A stretch of 63,992 nucleotides of DNA, counting the filler, from an uncultured bacterium (GTDB taxonomy: Bacteria; Latescibacterota; UBA2968), in the NCBI GenBank assembly GCA_964471275.1. It is 9 parts of 9 records of this genome, joined end to end, with 100 filler letters (N's around TTAATTAATTAA, not from the genome) between each part and the next. Parts side by side here need not be neighbours in the genome. Positions count along the whole stretch, not along the records: positions 45,454 to 52,803 come from CAYYGZ010000234.1; positions 52,904 to 60,164 come from CAYYGZ010000235.1; 7 more parts are not named here. One strand, given 5' to 3'. A program made the translations under genes and the position numbers. Shown here in pieces: positions 47,937-56,894 of this stretch (the first letter of the stretch is position 1; every line of letters begins with the position of its first letter). The notes beneath the pieces are model-generated. The model was given only the letters and a program-made list of their open reading frames with translations. It made no database searches and was not told the DNA's origin.

Positions 47937-48965
47937 TCAGGCAGACTGCTTGGGACGGCTTGCATCGATCACCGTATAGGGTCCAGACGATGCGACCAAC
48001 CCGACCCGATCGAAGAAACCATTCAGCGCTTTTACGTAGGGTTCCTTGCGCATGACGACGAGCATCAGACGCCCCCCGGGCAGCAGATGCTCACACGCCC
48101 CTTCGATCAACGGCCGAGCCACCGCATTGCCTTCGTGAAACGGAGGATTCGAGACGATCAGGTCGAACCGATCATCACCAATTACCTCGTACAGACTGCT
48201 GCAGTGTACGATCGTCCTGCTCGCCATACCATTCGCCAGGGCATTCAGCCGAGCACACTCAACGGCGAGAGCATTAACATCGACTCCGGTGACGACAGCA
48301 CTGGGGTCGCCGGAAGCGATCGTGAGTGCGATCGCGCCGGATCCGCACCCAACATCCAAAATCCGTCCCCCGGAAATGCATCCGACTGTATCAGCTAGAA
48401 GCCGGCTTCCGCCATCGAAATGGTCAGAGGAGAAGACACCTGCTCGAGTTTTGAAGTTGAGTTCTGCTCCCTGGCCTGAGGTGACCGTGAATGTTTGCCA
48501 CGGATCGACCGGCTCAGCGTCGGACACTGCGCTGGACTTGTGCGACTGATACACGCGCACACGCCCGGCTCGGCCGATCAGCGCCGCATTGCCGAATACC
48601 TCGGCCATTCGTTTCCGGTAGCTCTCAATGCCTCGATTCTTCCGCCCCGCCAGGTATAGACACCCTCCTTCCGACAGATTTCTGAAGGCGCCATCGATCG
48701 TTTCGAATACCCGGAGCTTTGCCTCTCTCTGCGGAGGCTCGTACAACGCAGACGCAAAGCATCCCAGGAGCGGGATGTCGGTGACCAGGCTGGCAGATAT
48801 CCCCAATCCTGTCGCGTCATCCCGATTCCGCACATCGCTGGTTATAAAGGTCGCGCGATCACGGTCGGATCTTTCGATACTGATTGCCGCGCCTCCCGCA
48901 CCAAGGTCCAGCCATGCCCCGGTTGCTTGATCGGGAATCTCCCACCAGACATCTGCTCGTTTCAC
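47937..48965 (-). CDS. Class I SAM methyltransferase, RsmC-like (duplicated domain)
   Basis: GVFS....D.GS.LL, LDVGCGSG, IVSNPPFH. Confidence 0.85.
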   Translation of the reverse strand: MKRADVWWEIPDQATGAWLDLGAGGAAISIERSDRDRATFITSDVRNRDDATGLGISASLVTDIPLLGCFASALYEPPQREAKLRVFETIDGAFRNLSEGGCLYLAGRKNRGIESYRKRMAEVFGNAALIGRAGRVRVYQSHKSSAVSDAEPVDPWQTFTVTSGQGAELNFKTRAGVFSSDHFDGGSRLLADTVGCISGGRILDVGCGSGAIALTIASGDPSAVVTGVDVNALAVECARLNALANGMASRTIVHCSSLYEVIGDDRFDLIVSNPPFHEGNAVARPLIEGACEHLLPGGRLMLVVMRKEPYVKALNGFFDRVGLVASSGPYTVIDASRPKQSA

Positions 48966-48966
48966 C

Positions 48967-49785
48967 TCAGCCGCTCCGCTTCAGACGCCCTGTCTTCTTT
49001 GCGTACACCTCGGCAACGTGGAAAACCCAGAGCCCCAGAGGGATCATGATAATCCCCGTCAGCAGCAGGATCCAGAGATCGCCCGAGACCTCTCCGACTG
49101 TGGCGCCGTTCAGCAGAGCTGCACGGATAGAACGAAGCGCATAGGTGCCCGGTGATACTGTCGAGAGCGGACGCAGCCAGTCCGGCAATACGGATACATC
49201 GTAATACACACCGGAGATCAAGAGGAAGAGAGTTCCGAGTATGTCTGTAGCGCGCGCGCCCTTCTCCGGCGACAGAAGCGGAAAGACGGCGGCGATAAGC
49301 CCCATCCCGAGGAAGGAGAGGCTCGAAGCCGCAAGCACGACGGTAGCCGTCACCAGATTCCCGCCGGCGAGCGACAGATCGAAGAACATTACTGCACTCA
49401 CGAGGACGATCCCGCTTCGCAGGAAACCATAGACGATCGCGTAGACGCATTGTCCAGCGAGATGGGTAAGTCGGTAGACCGGTGCCATGAAGGTATACTC
49501 GATCGTACCCTCCCAGCGCTCCCACGCAACTGCATCGGCCACCTCGTAGAACAGGAGACGAAGGAAATTCCAGAGAACGGCACCCACGATCAGAAAGAGC
49601 ACGCTCTCCTGAACTTTGGCAGGATTATCTCCCGCCATAAAGACCCCGATCAACCCGATCGTCAGCGCGTGGACGACGTTCCAGCTGATAAAGATGATCT
49701 CCCAACTCGCGTAGCGACGGGCGAGGTTGAAGTTCCGCTCGACGAACGCCAGTGTTGCTTTGAGCTCCGATCCCAGCGAGTTCAC
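48967..49785 (-). CDS. ABC-2 type transporter permease
   Basis: WERWEGTIEYTFMAP, SGVYY.VSVLP.W, six TM helices. Confidence 0.92.
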   Translation of the reverse strand: MNSLGSELKATLAFVERNFNLARRYASWEIIFISWNVVHALTIGLIGVFMAGDNPAKVQESVLFLIVGAVLWNFLRLLFYEVADAVAWERWEGTIEYTFMAPVYRLTHLAGQCVYAIVYGFLRSGIVLVSAVMFFDLSLAGGNLVTATVVLAASSLSFLGMGLIAAVFPLLSPEKGARATDILGTLFLLISGVYYDVSVLPDWLRPLSTVSPGTYALRSIRAALLNGATVGEVSGDLWILLLTGIIMIPLGLWVFHVAEVYAKKTGRLKRSG

Positions 49786-50645
49786 GCGTCTCCTCCTTCT
49801 GCTTCACTCTCGAGATCTGCGTGAGCCAGATCCTTGCCCGTCATCTCGAAAAATACATCCTCCAGTGATCCGCCGACGCAACCTGCCTGGACCTTCAACT
49901 CAGCGACAGTTCCCACGGCAATGAAACGACCGTGATGGATGATTGCGATCCTGTCGCAGACACGCTCGGCTTCATCCATGTCGTGCGTCGTGAGCAGGAC
50001 CGTTGCTTCGTGCGTATCACGAACATTGAGCGTGTAATCCTGAACCTGCCGTTTCGACACGGGATCGAGGCCGGTTGTGGGTTCGTCCATCAGCAACAGG
50101 GCCGGAGAAGTGAACAGCGCGCGTGCGATCGCTACCTTCTGCTGCATTCCTCTCGACATATCCTGAAGCGGTTCGTCAATCCGATCACGCGCAAAACCCA
50201 TCTCTTCGAGAATCCCCGTTACGCTTTCGCGTGCCTCACGAACGGGTATGCCATACAGACGGGCAGCATAGCTCAGGTTTTCCCAGGCAGATAGCTTCTT
50301 GAAGAAGGCGGCATCGACGCTGACACGGTTGATGTGTCTGCGGAGTTCCATCGCATCCCCGTTCACATCGAGCCCGAAGATCTCACAGACTCCCTGATCC
50401 TGCAGGACCAGCGTGGACAGAATACGGATTAGAGTCGATTTGCCCGATCCGTTTGGCCCCAGGATGCCGAAGATCTCTCCTCTCGGAACCTCGAAGGAGA
50501 CATCAACGACTGCGGGAATAGACCTGACCCGGCCTCGAAACCATCCGATCGCGCCAGGCGTCCGCTTACCCTCCTTCGAACGCACCCGAAAGGCTTTGGC
50601 CAGCCCGACAACAGAAACAGCAGTACGGTCCAGATCGATGTTCAC
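49782..50645 (-). CDS. ABC-2 type transporter ATP-binding protein
   Basis: GPNGSGKS, MSRGMQQK, LLMDEPTTGLDP, TTH. Confidence 0.95.
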   Translation of the reverse strand: MNIDLDRTAVSVVGLAKAFRVRSKEGKRTPGAIGWFRGRVRSIPAVVDVSFEVPRGEIFGILGPNGSGKSTLIRILSTLVLQDQGVCEIFGLDVNGDAMELRRHINRVSVDAAFFKKLSAWENLSYAARLYGIPVREARESVTGILEEMGFARDRIDEPLQDMSRGMQQKVAIARALFTSPALLLMDEPTTGLDPVSKRQVQDYTLNVRDTHEATVLLTTHDMDEAERVCDRIAIIHHGRFIAVGTVAELKVQAGCVGGSLEDVFFEMTGKDLAHADLESEAEGGDA

Positions 50646-50683
50646 AGAAAGTCCCTGATACGAGTGGCTAGAGAATGAAGGAC

Positions 50684-50719
50684 AAAAAGGCGCCGCGACT
50701 CGCTATCGTCGGGGCACCT
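50684..50719 (-). terminator. Probable intrinsic terminator after the PhyH gene
   Basis: Minus strand AGGTGCC..GAC...GTC..GGCGCC followed by TTTTT. Confidence 0.55.
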
Positions 50720-50738
50720 GCAAGACCGGCGGCAATGC

Positions 50739-51551
50739 CTATTCCGAGACGAGTCCCTTGATAGGGACATCCGGGTCACGAGGGATGTAGTAGCTGAGCG
50801 GGGCGCTGGCGGCTTCCAGTAGCTGTCTCTGAACCGGGTTGCATTGCTTCAGGAGCCGATCTGGCATCGTCACGTAGTCCATCGGCTTGACCCACCGGTA
50901 GCCGTATCCCATGAATACAGTCTTCCGTGGCTGACCCGACCAGTTCTTGCCGATCGAGTGCCACGTGCGCTGCTCGAACACAAAAGCTGAGCCGGCCCGA
51001 ACATTCATCCCGATGGCGCCGTATGGGTGACCCGTCCCCGGATCGGTCGGCGGTCTTCCCGTCATTCGGTTGCTCCCGGGGACGATGCGCGTCGCCCCGC
51101 ACCGGGCATCTGACTGATCACTCAACGCATACGCAATCTTCAGGAGGATCATGGGATGCGGCTCTGCCATCTCCCTCGATGAAGTCCCACCATCCCGATG
51201 GTATCCGGTCTTCCGCTTCTCCTTTTCGGTGGGCTCGTCATCGGAGGGCAGCACAATCAGATGACTCGTGAGCAACTGTATGTTCCAGTTCAACAGTTGC
51301 CACGCAAGTGGTGCCGTTTTCTGGTAATCGACGAGAGGCAGGAATGCGTCGCTGGCCGCCAGGCAGTTCCTCTGGTTCAGCTTGCCACCCGTCTCGAGCT
51401 GTCCCCCAGCCTCCGCTTCTTCGTATATTACATCCGTCGCTTTGATGAGATCGGCAAGCAATTCGTCATCGAGCGCATCCTCGATGACGAAGTATCCGTT
51501 TGTCGCAAAGAAAGTCAGCTGCTCGTCGGTCAATTTCCGGTCGTAGTCCAT
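50739..51551 (-). CDS. Phytanoyl-CoA dioxygenase family protein
   Basis: FFATNGY, YHRDG (HxD), VPGSN, RTWHS, PRK. Confidence 0.92.
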   Translation of the reverse strand: MDYDRKLTDEQLTFFATNGYFVIEDALDDELLADLIKATDVIYEEAEAGGQLETGGKLNQRNCLAASDAFLPLVDYQKTAPLAWQLLNWNIQLLTSHLIVLPSDDEPTEKEKRKTGYHRDGGTSSREMAEPHPMILLKIAYALSDQSDARCGATRIVPGSNRMTGRPPTDPGTGHPYGAIGMNVRAGSAFVFEQRTWHSIGKNWSGQPRKTVFMGYGYRWVKPMDYVTMPDRLLKQCNPVQRQLLEAASAPLSYYIPRDPDVPIKGLVSE

Positions 51552-51561
51552 CGCCGATCAC

Positions 51562-51999
51562 CTACCCTCGCGACTTGATCGCCTCGTAAGAATTCTGTTC
51601 GGTCACAATCGATTCCACGGGATAGCCTTCATCCTCCCATCCCGCGATGACCTCGCCCGTGGTGGCGTCCTGCAATCCGCCGAAACCTCCATGCATGTTG
51701 GTCAGATCCAGGTATCCCGCCTGTTCCAAGATCTCGGCAGCCGATTGAGACCGTATACCGACCTGACATCCACAGACAATCTTTGTTTCCTTCTGGATTA
51801 CGGCCTCCACCACAGACAGAAAGTCCGGGTTGATCTCCATCTGCTCTCCCGCTCCCGGGAATGCAACCGGAATGTTGATCGCTCCGACTGCGTGGCCGGC
51901 CGCAAACTCGTCCTGCGTCCGAACATCGATATAGAGCGCATCCGGATTTGCGTCCAGGAGCTCCTTGGCTTCCGGTGGGGTAACCTGCTCGATCGGCAT
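51562..51999 (-). CDS. Rhodanese-like domain protein
   Basis: IDVRT..EF..GH..GAINIP, CQVGIRS active-site loop. Confidence 0.92.
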   Translation of the reverse strand: MPIEQVTPPEAKELLDANPDALYIDVRTQDEFAAGHAVGAINIPVAFPGAGEQMEINPDFLSVVEAVIQKETKIVCGCQVGIRSQSAAEILEQAGYLDLTNMHGGFGGLQDATTGEVIAGWEDEGYPVESIVTEQNSYEAIKSRG

Positions 52000-52269
52000 A
52001 TGAGTCCTCTCGGCTCTTCCATCTTCTGGGGGGGGCACGCAGGCGCGCGGGGATGTCTGGCGCCAAGATTACGTTTTGGCTAACCACCCAGCTCCTGGGG
52101 CTGCAAACGACCGAGACGGGAAGTTGCCGCTCCTGCAATGCAAATCGCTTCCGCGCCCTAACTCTGGATGTGGACACATTGATGGGGGCATGTCAGACGC
52201 TGCTGAGCAGAAAAGAAGATCCCCTACCAGTTACTTGGCGAGGGACCCTACTTGGAAGCCGCACAGTGT

Positions 52270-52636
52270 TTACTTCTTGCTTGTCTTCTGCTTTCTTTTT
52301 GTGTGTCCATTCCCCAAATGCCTCTTAGCAGATCCATTTCTACTCACGCCAGTCCCAAACTTCTTTGTCTTCGTAGTTCCAATGGTCACGATATTTGGAG
52401 CAGGACATTCTGTCTCGAACCGAAATTGCGATCCACGCACATAGTCTGGATCTAATTCGACCGAGATCCATTTCCTATCTATGTGCTCGCATACAAAACC
52501 AGTCACATTACTTCCCGCGAAGATATCAACAACCACATCACCCGGGTCTGTCTGTAGGTTGACAAAGAAGAGGGGGAGATCTGCGGGAAATCTTGCAGGA
52601 TGTACAATCACGTCTTCTGTTATTACAGCATTTAAT
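52270..52636 (-). pseudogene. C-terminal fragment of a site-specific DNA methyltransferase (N4/N6, beta class)
   Basis: HPARFP, VVDIFAGSNVTG (motif I), RKWISVEL; no catalytic SPPY/DPPY half; AT-richer than flanks. Confidence 0.8.
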
Positions 52637-52712
52637 TGGTGCCCCCGGCGAGATTCGAACACGCGACCAACGGATTAGGAATCCGCTACTCTATCCACTG
52701 AGCTACGGGGGC
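52637..52712 (-). tRNA. tRNA-Arg(CCT)
   Basis: GCCCCCG/CGGGGGC acceptor stem, CGGAT-TCCTA-ATCCG anticodon region, TTCGAAT loop, encoded CCA; 76 nt. Confidence 0.96.
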
Positions 52713-52720
52713 CTCCAGCA

Positions 52721-52749
52721 AATATAGAAGTCCGGCATTTACCGGTCAA
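52721..52749 (-). promoter_or_regulatory. Putative sigma70 promoter of tRNA-Arg
   Basis: TTGACC-17 nt-TATATT ending 8 nt upstream of the tRNA. Confidence 0.6.
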
Positions 52750-52803
52750 GGCAGCCAGTGCTTCAGAAAGACAGAACCGAATAGATGTCCTGTCCGAAAA
52801 GCT

Positions 52804-52903
52804 NNNNNNNNNNNNNNNNNNNNNNNNNNNNNNNNNNNNNNNNNNNNTTAATTAATTAANNNNNNNNNNNNNNNNNNNNNNNNNNNNNNNNNNNNNNNNN
52901 NNN
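52804..52903. other. Artificial contig linker
   Basis: N44-TTAATTAATTAA-N44. Confidence 0.99.
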
Positions 52904-53084
52904 CAGCAGCGCCCCCCAGGCCTCGACACCGATCCGCGATCTCGTCAAGCGCTGCCTCGCGACGGGCCAACAGCGTCAACTGGGCCCCGTGCCTCGCAAA
53001 TGCCTCCGCAAGCGCCGCACCAAGTCCTGACGACGCACCGGTAACGATGATCGATTTGCCCTGGAAGCTCAAGACCCTGATCAA
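52904..53084 (-). CDS. SDR family oxidoreductase, N-terminal part (candidate acyl/alkyl-DHAP reductase)
   Basis: VTGASSGLG, LLARR (NADP-preferring pattern); runs off the contig; specific role inferred from context only. Confidence 0.85.
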
Positions 53085-53120
53085 CCGTGGCTAGGCGTGC
53101 GCTGTGATCGCATGGATTGC

Positions 53121-54887
53121 CTAGTGCTCATCGGCTTGCACCCCGTTCTTTGCGCCGAAAATATTGTCGGGATCGATCACGCGCTTCGTCTCCCGAAGAA
53201 CGGTGTTGCTTGTCTCCGACTGGACCTGGTCAAGGAATGATGCACGCAGCTTCCCGACCCCGTGGTGGTGGGAAAGCGACCCACCACCATCGAGAATCGC
53301 CTGACGGAGATGGGACTCGATCTCGTGGTAGGTCACCGCCGGATCTGCGAGTCCCTTACCGCTGAAGGCAAGGGTGAAGTAGATGCAGACTCCCGTGTGA
53401 TATGTCTGCGTCACGCGATACGTGAAATAGGGTCGTCCCTGGATTCCCAGTTGCTCAACCTTCCGGTCCAGCTCCTGGGTGACAGTGTCACAAATATCGT
53501 GTATGCACGACCAGGGCACGGAGGTCTCGAACGTCTCCCCCATGATCCCCAGCTGACTGACAAAATCACGGATATATGCGATGCCAAATGTGAGCGCATA
53601 TCCACGTTTGCCGTTGGACGCACCGCCGCTCATCGCTCCAACCTGTTTCGCCAGCCGAAAGACCGTCTTGCGTTGATGCGCGACCTCCTCAGCGGTGCCT
53701 TCCAGAAGAAACGTACACGCAGTCATCTCGTCGAGCTTAAAGCCCTTCACTCGCTCCAGGACAAACTTCTGTATCGACGACAGGATCCCGCCCCAGAAGG
53801 TGTGCTCCGGTTTGAGTGCCTGTCCCATCCTAAACTCGGTGTTGTTCACGAGTCGGATGCTGGCCGGAAGGGCTCCCGTCTCCCGAAGCGCGCGCAGATA
53901 GTCCACACCGACCTTGAACGTGGGGAAAACGAGTGAACCGTAATCTCGGGCCGCCGGTATTGGATGCACCTTCAGAACGGCTTTTGTAATGATCCCGAAA
54001 TTCCCCTCACTCCCGAAGAGTAGTGTCCGGGGCTGTACGCCGGTGGAATTCCGCGGCGTCACCTTCTTCGTTTCCAACTCGCCTCCGGCGGTGACCAGTG
54101 ACGCTTCCAGGACAATGTCCTCGATGTTTCCGTAGCGGTTCTTCTTCATACCGCTCGCGTTGGTGGAGATCCACCCACCCAGTGTCGAGAACTCGATGCT
54201 GTCCGGATCGTGCCCGGTTGTCAGATCCTGTGCTTCCAGCAGATACTCGAGTTCCTTGCCCTGGATTCCGGCTTCGATACAGGCCAGGTTGTTGTCACGG
54301 TCTATCCAAAGAATTCGGTTCATCCGCCGCATGTCCACCGAACAGACGGTACGAATCTCGTCCTGGGGCGCTGCGAGTGCGCCGCTCACATTCGTGCCGC
54401 CGCCGAACGGAATCAGACAAACATCGTGTTCGGCCGCAAGCCCTACGATCGCACGAACGTCCGCTTCGCCTTCAGGGAAGACCACGATATCCACGATCCG
54501 CCTGAACGTGCCACCCGTCAGGACCCGGTAGATCTCGTCGACGCTCAGCTGACCGTGGCTGTGGGCAAGGCGCACCTCGGCGTCGATACCAATCTGGTCA
54601 TCCTTCAAGGACGACCTCAACCCCGCCTCGAACCCGTCGTTTCCGACAGGCTCGGGCAGGTCGTAACTCACCCGCTCCTCGATCAGGTCTTCTTCGGAGA
54701 TGGGGAGCTTGATTATGTCCTCCACAAACGGGATCAAATAGGGCATGCGGAATCCCGAAATCTGGTAGCGATCGCCGGTGACACGAACGGATTTTGGCCC
54801 GTCGAACTCGAAGCGTGTGTCGGCATAGCCCCACTTATGAACGTAGCGTTCACCGTCTCGGGGATCATAGAATGCGTCTGATTTCAC
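53121..54887 (-). CDS. Alkylglycerone-phosphate (alkyl-DHAP) synthase, FAD-linked VAO family
   Basis: KWGYADT.F, PFGGGT.VS, GHDPDS.EFST.GGW.ST.ASGMKKN.YGNIED, GSEG.FG, PASIRL, RVTQTY..G.CIYF, GGSLSHHHGVGKLR; GTG start after AGGAGG, overlapping the upstream stop. Confidence 0.92.
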   Translation of the reverse strand: MKSDAFYDPRDGERYVHKWGYADTRFEFDGPKSVRVTGDRYQISGFRMPYLIPFVEDIIKLPISEEDLIEERVSYDLPEPVGNDGFEAGLRSSLKDDQIGIDAEVRLAHSHGQLSVDEIYRVLTGGTFRRIVDIVVFPEGEADVRAIVGLAAEHDVCLIPFGGGTNVSGALAAPQDEIRTVCSVDMRRMNRILWIDRDNNLACIEAGIQGKELEYLLEAQDLTTGHDPDSIEFSTLGGWISTNASGMKKNRYGNIEDIVLEASLVTAGGELETKKVTPRNSTGVQPRTLLFGSEGNFGIITKAVLKVHPIPAARDYGSLVFPTFKVGVDYLRALRETGALPASIRLVNNTEFRMGQALKPEHTFWGGILSSIQKFVLERVKGFKLDEMTACTFLLEGTAEEVAHQRKTVFRLAKQVGAMSGGASNGKRGYALTFGIAYIRDFVSQLGIMGETFETSVPWSCIHDICDTVTQELDRKVEQLGIQGRPYFTYRVTQTYHTGVCIYFTLAFSGKGLADPAVTYHEIESHLRQAILDGGGSLSHHHGVGKLRASFLDQVQSETSNTVLRETKRVIDPDNIFGAKNGVQADEH

Positions 54888-56875
54888 TCTGTATCCTCCT
54901 GATGTGCGCCCCGGGGATCCGCTTCCCGGTAAGGATCGTAGAGCGTCGAGAGGTGCACGGCCTGAAACAACGCAGCCGCCTCGGACTGGACGCGTAAGGA
55001 CCGCCTTCGAGGCATCAGCGTTGTTTCTGCCAGCATGGGTGGTGCCACGTAGACCTCGACCTTGCCTGGCCTGATCGCAAGATTTCCCTTCGGACACTTG
55101 GGCCAGATCGAGTGGATGCCCCGAAAGGCCACGGGTATGATGACCACGTCTGGCGGAAGATACGAGAACAGGGCGCTCTGCAGAGGGAAGTTCTGCAATG
55201 GATAGGCGGCAGTTGTCCCCATAGGATAGATGATGCCGGGACGGGTTTCCAGAGCTCTTGCCAGTGCCGCAGTAGTGTGGGAACTCGACGCACCGCGATC
55301 CAGCATCACATAGCCATCCACCCGCTCCTGCAACTCGTCAAATCGTTCGGAAGTCGTACCAAACATCGTAAACGACCACGATCCGATATGGACGCCGTGT
55401 CTGGCCAGCCCGGTTCGTGCAAGAATCACGCACGGTCGCGGAGACTGCCACCCCATGGCCTCTATGACCTCGGATCTCTGAAGCACATGGTACATGACGG
55501 GATGATCAAGCAATGCCTGGTGTGTCGGCAGAAAGAGTGTCTTGATCGATGGATCTTCCCCGAATCGCAGCGCGCTTGCCGTTGCGGCGAACTCGGGATC
55601 GATCTTCACATCAACATCCACCCCCAGTACGTCGATCGATTCGGACCCCCAACGCTGTGCGGCCTCCCAGGCCATCTGATACCGCTCATCGTCTGGTAGT
55701 TCGGACCTGTCGATCTGCTTCTTTGCTTTGCCTAGCGCCCACGATCGCTTGCCCCACGAGAGTAGTCGGCGCGTCCGTGAGAGACCGGAGAGCCTTTCGT
55801 CGTCATATGCGCCGACGTGTTCGTATTCGCTGAATGGACCATCTGCTGTCGGAGAAAGGATCGACGGTTCTGCAATCGGTGGTTGATCGGTGAGATGAGA
55901 CCGGATCAACCGGTTGACGACACGGATCGCGTGTCGGGCATCATCGATCATATCCCGGGTCAGATAACTGTAGGATGAACCATACCAGTAATGTTCCGGA
56001 CGCAGCTTCGACGGATCTTCACGATGCGCCTGAACAAACTCGATCATCCGAGCCTTGGCCAGCGGAAAGGACGATCGGATTCGCCTGACGATCATCCGAG
56101 CCTTGCCGGCCTCCTCCAGTCGATGACAGACCCAATCGACCTCAAGGAGCACACGCCAGAGCGAGCAGCCGAACCAGGCAAAGTTCGTGTATGTGTTAAA
56201 CCGAGTCGCAAGCAAGCCGCCCGCCCCAATAGACGCGAGCGTCCGCTGGGCGACAAACTGGAGTGCTTCACGCAGTGTGGTCTCGTGTGCAACGGTCTCT
56301 GATCCGAACTGGACCAGAAGATCCCACCGTATATCGTCGCTCAGGGTAACCGTTGAAAGGGCCTCGGCGACCGTCTGGGCATTCGAGAGAGGAACGTGCG
56401 TAACCTGCGCTTTGCCGAGCGCCTCTTCTCCCGTATCTGGCGAAAACAGCCGACCTGACGCGATCGCTTCCAAGTACAGGGATTGATACAGCTCAAGCAA
56501 TTCCTCAGCTGTACCCGCACCTGAATCGGAAAACCGTTGCTTAATCTGGACGTAGGCTCGACAGGCTTCGTGGTAACCGGTCTCGAGTTCGGCATACTCT
56601 CGGTGAGCATCCCGCAATCTCTCGGCGCGCCGCACCGGGATCCCTTCCTCCAGTCGCGTGACCAACCTGAGACGATGTTTCAGGATAGCTGCTGCCGCGT
56701 CGGGAGTCGGGGCGTCTGAGTGCCAGATCAGGTCATCTGGATCCCAGCCATCAAAGTGGCCCTCGAGCCGCCCGACTTCAATGAATTCCTGGGCAGCCTG
56801 GTCATAGGCAGACTGAAGTTCTATCGGATCGGTGAGCAGACGAACGTGAAGCTGATCGGATTGGGTGCGGGCCAT
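54884..56875 (-). CDS. Large protein: unknown N-terminal helical region plus C-terminal PlsC-type (HxxxxD) acyltransferase domain
   Basis: FLPTHQALLD (motif I), IIYPMGT (variant motif III), IIPVAFRG...WP...IRPGKVEV (motif IV). Confidence 0.72.
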   Translation of the reverse strand: MARTQSDQLHVRLLTDPIELQSAYDQAAQEFIEVGRLEGHFDGWDPDDLIWHSDAPTPDAAAAILKHRLRLVTRLEEGIPVRRAERLRDAHREYAELETGYHEACRAYVQIKQRFSDSGAGTAEELLELYQSLYLEAIASGRLFSPDTGEEALGKAQVTHVPLSNAQTVAEALSTVTLSDDIRWDLLVQFGSETVAHETTLREALQFVAQRTLASIGAGGLLATRFNTYTNFAWFGCSLWRVLLEVDWVCHRLEEAGKARMIVRRIRSSFPLAKARMIEFVQAHREDPSKLRPEHYWYGSSYSYLTRDMIDDARHAIRVVNRLIRSHLTDQPPIAEPSILSPTADGPFSEYEHVGAYDDERLSGLSRTRRLLSWGKRSWALGKAKKQIDRSELPDDERYQMAWEAAQRWGSESIDVLGVDVDVKIDPEFAATASALRFGEDPSIKTLFLPTHQALLDHPVMYHVLQRSEVIEAMGWQSPRPCVILARTGLARHGVHIGSWSFTMFGTTSERFDELQERVDGYVMLDRGASSSHTTAALARALETRPGIIYPMGTTAAYPLQNFPLQSALFSYLPPDVVIIPVAFRGIHSIWPKCPKGNLAIRPGKVEVYVAPPMLAETTLMPRRRSLRVQSEAAALFQAVHLSTLYDPYREADPRGAHQEDTE

Positions 56876-56894
56876 GGGAGCTTGCCGGTCTGGC

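Noticed and set aside
52637..52712. Pseudo-tRNA because of a T-T mismatch in the T stem
   Set aside because: All other stems, the CCA end and a good promoter are intact; a single mismatch is tolerated.
54888..55097. 70-aa N-terminal extension of AGPS resembling a targeting peptide
   Set aside because: It overlaps the acyltransferase gene; the GTG at 54887 has an AGGAGG RBS and stop-start overlap, so it is the likelier start.
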